This document shows positions 39,393 to 50,015 of a DNA stretch of 64,000 nucleotides, one piece after another. The notes beneath the pieces are model-generated. The model had not been told where the DNA came from and did no database searches. It saw only the letters and a list, made by a program, of their open reading frames with translations. The translations under genes and the position numbers were made by a program. The stretch covers positions 148,473 through 212,472 of the forward strand of contig JAGYKL010000001.1 in the NCBI GenBank assembly GCA_018401705.1. The letters are read 5' to 3'. Source of the stretch: Bacteroidia bacterium (GTDB taxonomy: Bacteria; Bacteroidota; Bacteroidia; M30B66). Each line of letters starts with the position of its first letter. Position 1 is the stretch's first letter.

Positions 39393-41583
39393 TGCGAAAA
39401 ACAGTGCCTTCGCCAAACTTCGATTCGAGTTCAATACTTCCGTTAAGCTTAAGAACGGCGTCTTTAACATTAGAAAGACCCAATCCATTGCTATCATCAC
39501 GTTTCTGAACCGTATAATAATTATCGAATATTCTGGAATGATGCTCGGTAGCTATTCCAATGCCATTATCTTTTACTTCAATTTCAATCATCAAAGGGTA
39601 TTGAGCGCAATTAACCTCAACAAATGAATCTGTTTTACTTGAATCAGCATACTTTATAGCATTAGACAAAAGGTTAGACAAAATACTTCTGAGAAGAGCA
39701 ACATCGCTATTGATAATCAAATCATTTGGCAAAGTATTAATAAGGTTAATTTTTTCAGCTCCAGGTGTAAACCTTAATTCATCGAATAATTCATTAACCA
39801 AGTTATTTAGGTTGATTTCAGCTCTTAGCAAACCACCTCTATTCTTCAAAGAGGAAATAATATCACTCGTAAATGTTTCTAATTTCTTGAGGCTTTTCTC
39901 CATCATGGTTAGATACTGACCAAACTCTTCAGGATTCTTCTCATCCTTAGCTAAAGTAATAAGTCCACTAACCGAATTCATTGGAGCTTTTAAATCATGA
40001 GAAAGGATTTTCACCAATCGGTCAAGCTCCTTATTATTCTTTTCGATTTCATCGAACTGGCCTTTGAACTGCTCATCGGCACGTTTACGTTCGGTTATAT
40101 TTAAGAAGCTTGCACAAACCCCAAGCACTTCAAAACTTTCGTCAGCAACAGGGCTCATGTTTACGCTAAACCAATGAACCGAGGTAGGAGAAAAGCGATA
40201 AGCCATTTCCCATTGAACAACTTTACCTGAAAGTGACTCATTAAATTTCTCTGAAAACTCTTCCACATTGTCGGCTAAAAGATATTCGCTCACCGGGTGA
40301 CCTTCTGTGAGAACTTCACCTAGCAACTGAATATGATGGCGCAGAGAATTTGAGTTAAATGCTTTTAAACGCATATCTGAATCAATGAGCAAAATGCTTT
40401 GATTTACATTATTGAAAATCGAGTTAAGCATTGCCACAGTTTCTTTTTGCTTTTCGTTAAAGAACTTGCTTTCGGTAATGTCTTTGCATACCCTAATTAC
40501 ACCTACTGCATTTTCTTTATCGTCGTAAAGCAAAGATGCTTTTACATCAGTCCAAACAATTCGGTCGTCGCTAGAAATCAATCTAGTATCCCACTGTTGC
40601 AATTCGCCTGTAAGCACAGATTTCTGCTCAGATTTAACTTTAGATTTATCTTTTTCAGAATAGAGAATGTCAAAATTTCTCCCAACTATTTCTTCTCTGG
40701 GGTAACCAAAAGTTAATTCGGCTCCTTCGTTCCAATAGGTTATAAAACCATTTAAATCTGTAACAAAAATGGTGTCTCTAACATTTTTCAGGACTCCAGC
40801 CTGGAATAAAGCTTCTTCTTGAACCCTTCGCTTTTCGGTAATATCATCGGCTAAGACCAGCATGCTTGATTTACCATCAATTACAATTTGCTGGGCTCTG
40901 CATTCAACGGTTAACACCTTTCCATTCTTGCAAACGTGTTTAAAAACTACAATTCTACCCGACTTTCCTTTACTTGAAGCAATTGTTTCTTTGAGGGCAT
41001 TAAGTTCTTCGGGCGGATGCAGATCAAACACTGTCATTTTCAGCATTTCATCCTCTGAATATCCGAAATGCTCTATTGCTGCTTGATTAACTTTAATGAT
41101 AGAATAATTGTCCATATCCCTTATGTACATTGGGATAGGGTTATTTTCAAAAAGTAATTTGTAAGATGATTGACTTTGGCGTAGTAATTCCATACTTGCC
41201 TTTCGTTCAATACTATATAAGATTGATTTTGATAGTAAATTTTCCTCAAAATCACCTTTAACTAAATAATCCTGGGCTCCAATTTTAACAGCTTCATGTG
41301 CGAATTTTGTATCACTCAATCCAGATAAAATGAGAATTGGAATTGATGAACTTGTGATATTTAATCTAGAAAATGAGTCAATTCCGTATGAATCAGGAAG
41401 CGACAAATCCAGTAAGACAACATCCACTTGGTCATTTCTTAAATGCTCAATAGCTTCAGATAACGTTGTAACATGACTTACCTCTTTCCCGAAATCCCTA
41501 ATAGCATTAAGCATTTCCTGAATGAGGAGAAAGTCTCCAAGATTGTCTTCGACAACCAATATATGTAACCTTTTCGGCTCCAT
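39373..41583 (-). CDS. Hybrid sensor kinase REC-PAS-PAS-PAS-HisKA-HATPase
   Basis: VEDN and LLDLSLPD receiver; SHDLKAP H-box; NLLSNAIKY, DNGIG, GLGL. Confidence 0.92.
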   Translation of the reverse strand: MEPKRLHILVVEDNLGDFLLIQEMLNAIRDFGKEVSHVTTLSEAIEHLRNDQVDVVLLDLSLPDSYGIDSFSRLNITSSSIPILILSGLSDTKFAHEAVKIGAQDYLVKGDFEENLLSKSILYSIERKASMELLRQSQSSYKLLFENNPIPMYIRDMDNYSIIKVNQAAIEHFGYSEDEMLKMTVFDLHPPEELNALKETIASSKGKSGRIVVFKHVCKNGKVLTVECRAQQIVIDGKSSMLVLADDITEKRRVQEEALFQAGVLKNVRDTIFVTDLNGFITYWNEGAELTFGYPREEIVGRNFDILYSEKDKSKVKSEQKSVLTGELQQWDTRLISSDDRIVWTDVKASLLYDDKENAVGVIRVCKDITESKFFNEKQKETVAMLNSIFNNVNQSILLIDSDMRLKAFNSNSLRHHIQLLGEVLTEGHPVSEYLLADNVEEFSEKFNESLSGKVVQWEMAYRFSPTSVHWFSVNMSPVADESFEVLGVCASFLNITERKRADEQFKGQFDEIEKNNKELDRLVKILSHDLKAPMNSVSGLITLAKDEKNPEEFGQYLTMMEKSLKKLETFTSDIISSLKNRGGLLRAEINLNNLVNELFDELRFTPGAEKINLINTLPNDLIINSDVALLRSILSNLLSNAIKYADSSKTDSFVEVNCAQYPLMIEIEVKDNGIGIATEHHSRIFDNYYTVQKRDDSNGLGLSNVKDAVLKLNGSIELESKFGEGTVFRIQLPLG

Positions 41584-41839
41584 GGATTATTTGAGATTAT
41601 CCTTACAGCCAAAGAAAAGACACACAATCAGTTGTATCTAGATTTTGCTTAGGGTAAAGTATGGTCATTTAATAGTTTTCGAACAATTACGTAATAAGCT
41701 ATGCATTAGTTTCAAACGGGTATTAGTAGTTGAAATTATACCAATATTAATAATGTAGATTAATTCAAAAATAAATTAAAGAGCGACTTAATACAGAGCA
41801 ATACAATACTTTTGTTTATATTTAGTAAAAATAACAGGA

Positions 41840-44359
41840 ATGATAGGGGCAGATTCAAACCTGTACAAGCAGCTTTTTTATGAAAGCGCGACTCCTCGCT
41901 GTCTTACTGACATAAGAGGAAATTTAGTTTTGGCTAATTATGCTTTACAAAAGGTATTTGGCCTGGTTCAAGATGAAAAAGAATTGACAGAGATTTCAAT
42001 TCTGAGTATTGTTGACACCAATCTCAGTGAAGTAAATAAAACTTTTAAAGAGGACCTACAAAATTTCAAACAAGGTTTCGGATGCGAAACAGGAAAGATT
42101 GTCTTTAACAAGGCTGAAGGTGAAAAAATCAAGTTAGATTATATTCGAAAAAGAATTCAACTTGGAGACAAAGACTTAATAAGTTATGAGTGGAATGATG
42201 TTTCAGACAAAGTTGAAGTAATTAAGTCATACAAGATAGCGGCAGAGAGCGTTAGCTTAGCTGCAGAAATTAATCATCTTGGTGTTTGGGAATTTGAGTT
42301 TGAGAGCCAGTTATTTAAGGCCAACAAAAAAATGTTCGAAATCTTCGGCTTAGAACATGATGCAGAAATTGCCGATAGAGACTTATTTAAACGGTTAATC
42401 CCCGATGCGCAATTAGAGAAATTCATAGAAGCCTGGCAGAAGGGAGTTGAATCAAAAAAGAAATTTTATTCAACCATAGAAATTGAAAATCCAAAAACGG
42501 GAAAAAGAATTATTCAAATCCATGGCAAGTGCTTGTATGACTCTGTTGGTAAGCCTTGGAAATACCTGGGTATTAACCTGGATGTGACTTATCAAAAATC
42601 AAGGGAAGAGGAGATATTAAAAGATTGGGCGATGATGCAGTCTTTGCTTGACTCTCAGTCGAATTTGATTATTAGAATAAACAAAGCAGGACTTTTAACT
42701 TTTTGCAATAAAAGTTTCAGAAGTATGTTCAATGTTTCGCTGAAATGTGCTTCAGAAATTTACTTAAAGGACTTTTTAAATGCAGAAGATGAAAAAACCT
42801 TGTCGACGGCCATTGAAAACTGCCTTAACAACCCTGGCAAATCATTCGTTATTTTTACAAGCTCACGGAATGATGCTAAAAATAAGTTTAATACCGAGTG
42901 GGAATTCAGGGCAATACCGGAGTTAAATTCTGAAAACATTGAAATCCAAGGCGTTGGCAGGGATATTTCTGAAAAGTTCCAACTCAATCTAAAAGTAGAA
43001 GAAACTCTTGGTAAGTTAAGCTCACTTATAAACAACTTCAATGATGTTAGCATCTGGTCAATTGATGAAACCTATCATTTAACAGCATCTAATAAATATT
43101 TTCAGGAAGAATTCTTAAAAGTACATGGAAGGATGATTCATCCAGGAGATAATATTCTGGAAATGATAAGACCTGAAATGAAAGATTATTGGCAGGCTTT
43201 AAATGACGACATATTTAAAAACGGGGCAAAAACCATTCAATATGAATTAGATGGAAGGTTTTTTGAGGTTTCATTCTCGCCAGTTAAAATAAATAGCCAA
43301 GTTAAAGGTCTTACTGCCTATGGCAGGGATATAACTGCCAGCAAGCTGGCTGAGGAAGCCTTGAAGCTGAGCGAAGAGCGACTGCAGTTTGCAGTTGAAG
43401 GTAATGAATATGTAGTTTGGGATTTAATGGTACCAGAAGGTAAAATTGAATTCTCTGATTCATTCTTAAGAATTTTCAATTTCACAAATAAAGAGATTAT
43501 CGAAACACTTGATGTTTGGTCAGAAATCGTTCATCCTGACGATCTTGCTGAAACAGGAAGTATTTTCGAGAAAATAGTTAGTGGAGAAATCAATGTTTTT
43601 AGTTCTGAATTCAGAATTTTAAATGGGAGCGGCCAACTTAAATGGGTTTTAAACAGAGGTAAAGTTTTTGAAAAAGATGAAAATGGGAACGCATTGAGAA
43701 TAATTGGTATTCTTAGCGATATTTCAGAACGAAAGAGAATAGAAACTCAAAATGAGGGTTATATTGAGAAACTAGAGAAATTCGCCCACCTCACCTCCCA
43801 CTCCTTAAGAAGACCACTCGCTAACATTATTGGAATAGCAACCTTATTAAAAGAAGAATCTTTAAGTCCTATTCAGCAGAATAATATTATTCTGGAAATG
43901 AGGAAATCGGCTTTTGCGATGGATGATGTTATAAAAGATATGTCTGATGCAATTTCTTTTGTGAAAGGAGCCAAGATTACTTCTGGTCAAACTAAGTTTA
44001 AATCAATATGGTTTATTGATGATGATTTAATCAATAATATGTTGAGCGAAAGGCTCATGAACAGGGTAATGCCGAAAGTAAAATCAAAATCTTTTACAAA
44101 CGCTGAGGAGGCATTAAATGTGCTATTAAGTAATCAAGAAGAAACTCCAGATTCTATTTTTCTGGATATAAACATGCCTGTGATGAATGGCTGGGAATTT
44201 CTTGATGCTTTAGCTGTGCATAAAATTAATATCCCTGTGTTTATGCTAACTTCCTCAATTGATCCAAGAGATCAGGAAAAAGCCGTTTCCTATGCGCAAG
44301 TGAATGATTTTATCTCTAAACCTCTTCGAGAAGAACGCTTGAAATTAATCGTTGGATAG
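41840..44359 (+). CDS. Multi-PAS protein with a HisKA-like helix and C-terminal REC, lacking HATPase
   Basis: Several PAS/PAC domains (DIS/DIT ends), SHSLRRPLANI, then IDDD..FLDINMPVMNGWEFL..FISKP. Confidence 0.85.
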   Translation: MIGADSNLYKQLFYESATPRCLTDIRGNLVLANYALQKVFGLVQDEKELTEISILSIVDTNLSEVNKTFKEDLQNFKQGFGCETGKIVFNKAEGEKIKLDYIRKRIQLGDKDLISYEWNDVSDKVEVIKSYKIAAESVSLAAEINHLGVWEFEFESQLFKANKKMFEIFGLEHDAEIADRDLFKRLIPDAQLEKFIEAWQKGVESKKKFYSTIEIENPKTGKRIIQIHGKCLYDSVGKPWKYLGINLDVTYQKSREEEILKDWAMMQSLLDSQSNLIIRINKAGLLTFCNKSFRSMFNVSLKCASEIYLKDFLNAEDEKTLSTAIENCLNNPGKSFVIFTSSRNDAKNKFNTEWEFRAIPELNSENIEIQGVGRDISEKFQLNLKVEETLGKLSSLINNFNDVSIWSIDETYHLTASNKYFQEEFLKVHGRMIHPGDNILEMIRPEMKDYWQALNDDIFKNGAKTIQYELDGRFFEVSFSPVKINSQVKGLTAYGRDITASKLAEEALKLSEERLQFAVEGNEYVVWDLMVPEGKIEFSDSFLRIFNFTNKEIIETLDVWSEIVHPDDLAETGSIFEKIVSGEINVFSSEFRILNGSGQLKWVLNRGKVFEKDENGNALRIIGILSDISERKRIETQNEGYIEKLEKFAHLTSHSLRRPLANIIGIATLLKEESLSPIQQNNIILEMRKSAFAMDDVIKDMSDAISFVKGAKITSGQTKFKSIWFIDDDLINNMLSERLMNRVMPKVKSKSFTNAEEALNVLLSNQEETPDSIFLDINMPVMNGWEFLDALAVHKINIPVFMLTSSIDPRDQEKAVSYAQVNDFISKPLREERLKLIVG

Positions 44360-47107
44360 TTCCTTTATTATGCTGAAGCTAAATTTACTGCCTTCTCCAG
44401 GAATACTCTCAACCCACATTTTACCTTCATGCTTTTCAACAATTTTCTTGCACACAGCCAAGCCTATTCCTGTGCCAGAATATTCATTCTTATTATGAAG
44501 CCTTTTAAAAGGCAGATAAATCATATCAAAATGCTTTGGATCAATTCCAATTCCATTGTCTTTAACAAAGAAAACATGATGAGAATCTGTTTCTGAAAAA
44601 CCAATCTCGATTATTGGCTTATTGCTTCTATTGTATTTTAATGCATTAGAAATTAAGTTATCAAAGAGCTGCCCTACTAATGAATGTATGGCCCTTATAT
44701 TAGGGCAATTAGCAATTTTGATTTCCGCACTTTTAGATTTGATGATTTCCTGATATACCATTATAGTATCATCTAAAATTGCATTAACATCAACATCCTG
44801 AAAATCTTCCTCGGTAGTTCCAACTCTCGAATATGTCAAAAGATCTCGAATAAGCCTTTTCATTCTCAATGCACCGTCTATTGCAAATGAAATATACTGT
44901 TCTGACTTTTCATTTTTCTCCACATCATCGCTGTTTTGAAGGAGTTGCATGAAGCTCGAGATCATTCTAAGAGGTTCCTGCAAATCATGCGAAACGATGT
45001 ATGCAAATTGCTCAAGCTCCTTATTAAAGCCTTGCAGTTGTTTTGCTCTTTGCTGAAGAGCATCATTTAACTTGATTAATGTTTCTTCACTTTCCTTTAA
45101 AGGCGTAATATCCTGCATAACACCTACCATTCGTTCACACTCACCTTTACTATTGTAAATAAAAACTCCTCGATCAAGAATTGATTTGTAAGAACCGTCT
45201 ATGCAGCGAAATCTATACTCCTCTATCCAAAGACGCTCTTTTTTAAGTGATGCAATAGATAAGTTGCCCTCAACCCTTGCTTTATCCATTTCATGAATAA
45301 ATGAAGACCAGCCCTTCATGTTATTATAACTTTGAATATCCTGATGCCCAAAAAGTCGGTGAAATCCATTTCCCCAAACAATGTTGTCATTCATCACATC
45401 CCATTCATAAATGGCGTCATTAATTGCCTCACTAAACAATTGAAACCGCTCATTCCCTTTTCGCTGCTCTTCATCATACTTAATTCTTAATGTGATATCC
45501 TTAGCAGCAGCATAAATTATTTGCTCATCGGGATTGTATGTAAAGGACCATTCCAACAAGCTTGATACATTCTTGCCTTTTAAGATGTTTTCAAAAGTTA
45601 CTGTTTGACCTGATTTAACTTCTCTAAGCTTTGCTAGGGTTAATTCTTGATAATCCTCATCAATTAAATCAACAAACGAGAGACTCCTTATTTCAGTTTG
45701 GCTTAATCCTACCGTTTCTAAGATTTGACGATTTGCTTTGTAAATCCTCCCGTTTGCTTCAAGTACGCATAAAAAGTCTGGAACCAATTCAAACATTTGT
45801 TCCGATTCATATGAAATCCTTTGCTTCTCGATGTATACGCCAAGTCTTTGTGATAACTCTCTGACCACAAAAATCAAATCTTCAGAGAATTCAGGAGATT
45901 TTTGAGAGGCTAAAAATGAAAATAAAGCAACTGTATTATCACCAAAAATTACAGGCATTGAGAAACCTACAGCCATTCCAGCTTTTTGAGCGTATTCCTT
46001 ACGGGGGAAATTTTCGTCGATGTATAAGTGTGTTGCTTTGTGAGGAAGGGATTGACCTTTTTTTGTTTTTAAAGCGTGTTCAATTTCGTCTGATATTTCC
46101 CCAGATCGAGTTACATCAAGAAGTTCTTTGAAGGCCTCACCTTCAGGATAATTCCAAGAAAAAAGCTTCATTCTTCTATGGATGTAATCTGGCAACCAAA
46201 CTTCTGCGCACTCCCAACCAAACTTAAGAGATAGAGTTGTTATTACTTTTCGCAGAATAGATTTAAGATCGTTTTCTCCTTGAAAAAGAGCTATCAGATT
46301 TGTTATTTGCAGCTCATAGCGTTGCTTTAGCTGAAGCATTGTTGCTTCACGGCCTACAAAATACACAGCACTTACTTTTCCGTGAGCAAGAAGCGGTGTT
46401 AAAGTAAAACTAAACCAAAGAGCATGGCTGTTTCTACCTTTTAAGGAAGCCAATAAAGTTTGCTGAACTCCTTGAATTGCTCCTCTAAAAGCATTTTCCG
46501 GATCTTCATCTTCTGCGCTATGCAAATTGCTTAAAATCTGATTTTCAGTCCAATACCCTGAATCTTTGCCAGTGTGGCGATAAAAAGCTCCATTTGCATA
46601 AATGCATTGCCCATAAGCATCTATACAAAACACAATTTCTTCACTATCTTCAAACAATCGAGACAAATGCTCCTTTTGTTTTTCAAAAGAAAGTTCTTCT
46701 TTCTTTTTTTTACTTAGCTCTTGCTGAATCCAAAGCTGGTAGCTTCTTCCATTCTCATGGTAAGAAGTCACTATAAATCGAATCCAGATAGAATCTCCTG
46801 ATGGTAATTCTAAATAAATCTCAGGTCTAATGGATTTGCCCAGCAAAAGGGCTTGATAAAAAACGTCAAGCTGCTGACTGTCTGCAGAAGTCTTAAAGAT
46901 TACAAATGGATTCTTACCAATTATTTCAGATTCTTCTGAATTGGCAAAATCAATGAATGCTTGATTTACATACTCTATTTCAACTTGTTTGGCTTGCCCT
47001 GTCGGAAAACTGCTTATCATACCAACTGATGAAGAATAAGCTAAAGCATTTATCAAGAGTCCACTAGGGAAGATATTCAATGGTTTTTCAGAAGGCATTT
47101 CATTCAT
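44345..47107 (-). CDS. PAS/GAF sensor histidine kinase
   Basis: SHDLQEPLR, NLISNALKY, DNGIG, GTGIGLA; start likely MNEMPSEK, coupled to the upstream stop. Confidence 0.92.
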   Translation of the reverse strand: MNEMPSEKPLNIFPSGLLINALAYSSSVGMISSFPTGQAKQVEIEYVNQAFIDFANSEESEIIGKNPFVIFKTSADSQQLDVFYQALLLGKSIRPEIYLELPSGDSIWIRFIVTSYHENGRSYQLWIQQELSKKKKEELSFEKQKEHLSRLFEDSEEIVFCIDAYGQCIYANGAFYRHTGKDSGYWTENQILSNLHSAEDEDPENAFRGAIQGVQQTLLASLKGRNSHALWFSFTLTPLLAHGKVSAVYFVGREATMLQLKQRYELQITNLIALFQGENDLKSILRKVITTLSLKFGWECAEVWLPDYIHRRMKLFSWNYPEGEAFKELLDVTRSGEISDEIEHALKTKKGQSLPHKATHLYIDENFPRKEYAQKAGMAVGFSMPVIFGDNTVALFSFLASQKSPEFSEDLIFVVRELSQRLGVYIEKQRISYESEQMFELVPDFLCVLEANGRIYKANRQILETVGLSQTEIRSLSFVDLIDEDYQELTLAKLREVKSGQTVTFENILKGKNVSSLLEWSFTYNPDEQIIYAAAKDITLRIKYDEEQRKGNERFQLFSEAINDAIYEWDVMNDNIVWGNGFHRLFGHQDIQSYNNMKGWSSFIHEMDKARVEGNLSIASLKKERLWIEEYRFRCIDGSYKSILDRGVFIYNSKGECERMVGVMQDITPLKESEETLIKLNDALQQRAKQLQGFNKELEQFAYIVSHDLQEPLRMISSFMQLLQNSDDVEKNEKSEQYISFAIDGALRMKRLIRDLLTYSRVGTTEEDFQDVDVNAILDDTIMVYQEIIKSKSAEIKIANCPNIRAIHSLVGQLFDNLISNALKYNRSNKPIIEIGFSETDSHHVFFVKDNGIGIDPKHFDMIYLPFKRLHNKNEYSGTGIGLAVCKKIVEKHEGKMWVESIPGEGSKFSFSIIKELSND

Positions 47108-47465
47108 CTTTTTTACTTCCCTGATTGTTAAACTGTGATAATATATAAGTAAACAAAGAAACAAGAATACTTAAAATGATTGCCCAAGCCAAAGACCTCA
47201 CTTGAAAGCCCTCTAAAAAATAGTCTATTAATAAAATAATGCTCCCGTTTATTACTAGTAAAAACAAACCCATGGTAAAAATGGTGATTGGGAAAGTCAA
47301 TAAAATCAGCACAGGTCTTACAAGAGTATTGAGTGCCGATAAAAAAAACGCAATCACCCAAGCTAAACGAAAATCATCAATATTCACCCCTGGAAGAAAA
47401 TATGTGGCAAACAATATTGCAAGGCCACTTAAGCTGACTTTTATAATCCAATTTCTAAAAAGCAT
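47100..47465 (-). CDS. 4-TM 'phage holin family' (YvlD-like) membrane protein
   Basis: LNTLVRPVLILLTFPITIFTMGLFLLVIN. Confidence 0.88.
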   Translation of the reverse strand: MLFRNWIIKVSLSGLAILFATYFLPGVNIDDFRLAWVIAFFLSALNTLVRPVLILLTFPITIFTMGLFLLVINGSIILLIDYFLEGFQVRSLAWAIILSILVSLFTYILSQFNNQGSKKDE

Positions 47466-47544
47466 CAAGATAAAAGTACAAAATGAATAAGATTGCACCT
47501 ACACTGAACTATATTCGCACATAATTTATTTTCAGCATAGTATT

Positions 47545-48684
47545 ATGAAAATTGTAACTGTAATAGGAGCTAGACCTCAAATAATTAAAGCTGCAGCGTT
47601 AAGCAGAGCTATAAGGAATTTTGCTCATAAGGTAACTGAAATAATCGTTCATACAGGTCAACATTATGATGCCAATATGTCTGAAATATTTATTAATGAA
47701 CTAGGGATTCCATCACCTGATTATAATCTAAAAGTGGGTTCTGGCTCTCATGGAAGGCAAACAGCAGCTATGATTACAGGAATTGAGGAAGTACTTGAAA
47801 AAGAACAACCCAATTGGTTGGTGGTTTATGGTGATACTAATTCAACCTTGGCTGCTGCAGTTGCGGCCTCAAAAATGCACATTCCAATTGCACATATTGA
47901 GGCTGGATTAAGGTCTTTCAACAAACAAATGCCTGAAGAAGTAAATCGGATTCTTTGTGATCATGTATCGACATTGCTGTTTTCGCCAACTAAAAGCGGT
48001 TATCAGAATTTGATAAGTGAAGGCTTTAAAGACAATAAACCTCCCTTTTTCTCCGATAACCCTGGAATATATCATTGTGGAGACTTAATGTATGATAACA
48101 GCCTTTATTTCTCTGAAATAGCTCGTTCAAAAACTAGAATATATGAAGACCTTCAACTATACCAGCCTTTTATTTTAGCAACAATTCACAGAAATGCAAA
48201 TACTGATGATCCTAATAGATTAAATAGTTTGTTTAATGTGCTTGCAGATTTAAGTGAAGAAAACAATATTCGAATAATTCTGCCAGTCCATCCAAGAACC
48301 AGAAAGATGATGGATAGTTTTCTAAATGAAGAAGTAAAAAGCAAATTAGTGCAAAGTAAATTATCGATATGCGACCCTGCTTCCTTTTTAGAAATGATTG
48401 TTTTAGAGCAAAATGCTGAAATGGTTATAACAGATTCTGGAGGAGTACAAAAAGAAGCTTACTACTTTAAAAAGGCATGTATAATATTGAGGCCAGAAAC
48501 TGAATGGGTTGAAATTGTTGAGAACGGATGTGCTAGAATAGTTGATGCAGATGCAATAAAAATAAGAGAGGCTTTCCAATATTTTTTAAAAAATAAAAGC
48601 TCTTTGCAGTTTCCCGAAATATTCGGGGATGGTAGAGCAGCAGATTTCATTCTAAATGAGATGTATATTCACACTTTGAAGTAA
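47545..48684 (+). CDS. wecB: UDP-N-acetylglucosamine 2-epimerase (non-hydrolysing)
   Basis: GARPQIIK, HTGQHYD, GDTNS, HIEAGLRS, TDSGGVQKEA. Confidence 0.94.
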   Translation: MKIVTVIGARPQIIKAAALSRAIRNFAHKVTEIIVHTGQHYDANMSEIFINELGIPSPDYNLKVGSGSHGRQTAAMITGIEEVLEKEQPNWLVVYGDTNSTLAAAVAASKMHIPIAHIEAGLRSFNKQMPEEVNRILCDHVSTLLFSPTKSGYQNLISEGFKDNKPPFFSDNPGIYHCGDLMYDNSLYFSEIARSKTRIYEDLQLYQPFILATIHRNANTDDPNRLNSLFNVLADLSEENNIRIILPVHPRTRKMMDSFLNEEVKSKLVQSKLSICDPASFLEMIVLEQNAEMVITDSGGVQKEAYYFKKACIILRPETEWVEIVENGCARIVDADAIKIREAFQYFLKNKSSLQFPEIFGDGRAADFILNEMYIHTLK

Positions 48685-48707
48685 ATGCTCAGAAAATTGG
48701 TATGTAA

Positions 48708-50012
48708 ATGTTATTAATTTACACTCATCGGCTTACATCTCGGAACAAGTACACTTTCAAGCTTATTTTTGAAGATATACTTGGCATCGATTTTAAAATT
48801 ACAACTGACAAGCAGGCTGTATTAACTTGGGAAGGTCCCAAGTTGACTTATTGCAGGCAGCCTGTGCAAGATGAGTTGTTTTTTTGCGCTACTGATTTAT
48901 TGTTTCAAACAGGAATAGTTGTTCAAGAGCCTGCAATGATAAGGTGGGGAGGTTCTAAAGTCTTTTTTCCTGTAAGCAAGGCCTCTGCACTTCCATTTGA
49001 CCCTTTTGCAGCTTCCTTTTTACTTGTGAGCAGATATGAAGAGTACTTGCCGCACTTAAAAGATGTGCACGGAAGGTATACCCCGTCGCAAAGTTTAGCT
49101 TTTCAAAATGGGTTTCTTCAGAAACCGGTAGTTAATCAATGGGCATGGGAAATTAAATCCCTTTTGGAGAAAAAGTTTGGTGAGATTAAGTGTAAAGAAC
49201 AAAAATACCGATTCACTCCAACAATAGATATTGATAATGCTTGGGCCTATCGTAACAAGGGTTTTATAAGGATAGCCGGAGGGTTGTTTTCTGATTTAGT
49301 AAACTTCAACCCGCAAGGGTTTAAAGATAGATTCAATTCAGTTTTTAGACTTTCCAATGACCCATACGACACTTACGACTATCAAGTAAAATTATTTGAA
49401 AGGTACGACCTGCATCCTATCTACTTTATTCTACTGGGAGAATATGCAACCTTCGACAAGAACGTTCCTCATCAGAATAAGCATATGCAATCTTTGATAA
49501 AATTCATGGGTGATATTGGAGATGTTGGTATTCATCCATCTTATGCTTCATCTGAAAGCCCAGAGAAAATCAGAAAAGAGATTTCGCGACTATCGCATAT
49601 TCTTCATCAGGAAATTCATTTAAGTCGTCAACACTTTCTAAAATTAAGCATCCCCGAAACTTATCAAAGACTGCTTGAGTACGACATCACTGATGATTAT
49701 ACAATGGGGTATGCCGATTTACCCGGTTTTAGAGCTAGCATCTGCAGCCCTTTCTATTTTTATGACCTTGACCTGGAGGTAGAAACTTCATTAAGAATTC
49801 ACCCATTTGCTATCATGGATGGAACATTAAAGGACTATATGAATATTGAACCAGAAAGAGCTATGGATATAATAACACCTTTAATTGATGCCGTTAAAGA
49901 AGTTCATGGAGAGTTTATTTCAATATGGCATAATGAATCTTTTGCAGAAAATGAACGTTGGAAGGGATGGAGAAAAATTTATGAAGATCATATCGAAGCA
50001 GCATTACCTTGA
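48708..50012 (+). CDS. Polysaccharide deacetylase-family protein
   Basis: TIDID, GIHPSY, RQHFL, GFRASI, IWHN. Confidence 0.8.
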   Translation: MLLIYTHRLTSRNKYTFKLIFEDILGIDFKITTDKQAVLTWEGPKLTYCRQPVQDELFFCATDLLFQTGIVVQEPAMIRWGGSKVFFPVSKASALPFDPFAASFLLVSRYEEYLPHLKDVHGRYTPSQSLAFQNGFLQKPVVNQWAWEIKSLLEKKFGEIKCKEQKYRFTPTIDIDNAWAYRNKGFIRIAGGLFSDLVNFNPQGFKDRFNSVFRLSNDPYDTYDYQVKLFERYDLHPIYFILLGEYATFDKNVPHQNKHMQSLIKFMGDIGDVGIHPSYASSESPEKIRKEISRLSHILHQEIHLSRQHFLKLSIPETYQRLLEYDITDDYTMGYADLPGFRASICSPFYFYDLDLEVETSLRIHPFAIMDGTLKDYMNIEPERAMDIITPLIDAVKEVHGEFISIWHNESFAENERWKGWRKIYEDHIEAALP

Positions 50013-50015
50013 AAA

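Noticed and set aside
39297-39500. 67-aa ORF with repeated RWDNQLR
   Set aside because: Out-of-frame overlap with the kinase and a by-product of the DNA repeat; the frame is not kept across units
46800-47000. LOV photoreceptor domain
   Set aside because: GKNPFVIF replaces GxNCRFLQ, so the photoactive Cys is absent
47100-47465. Prophage holin
   Set aside because: YvlD-type 4-TM proteins are common chromosomal genes; no phage genes are nearby
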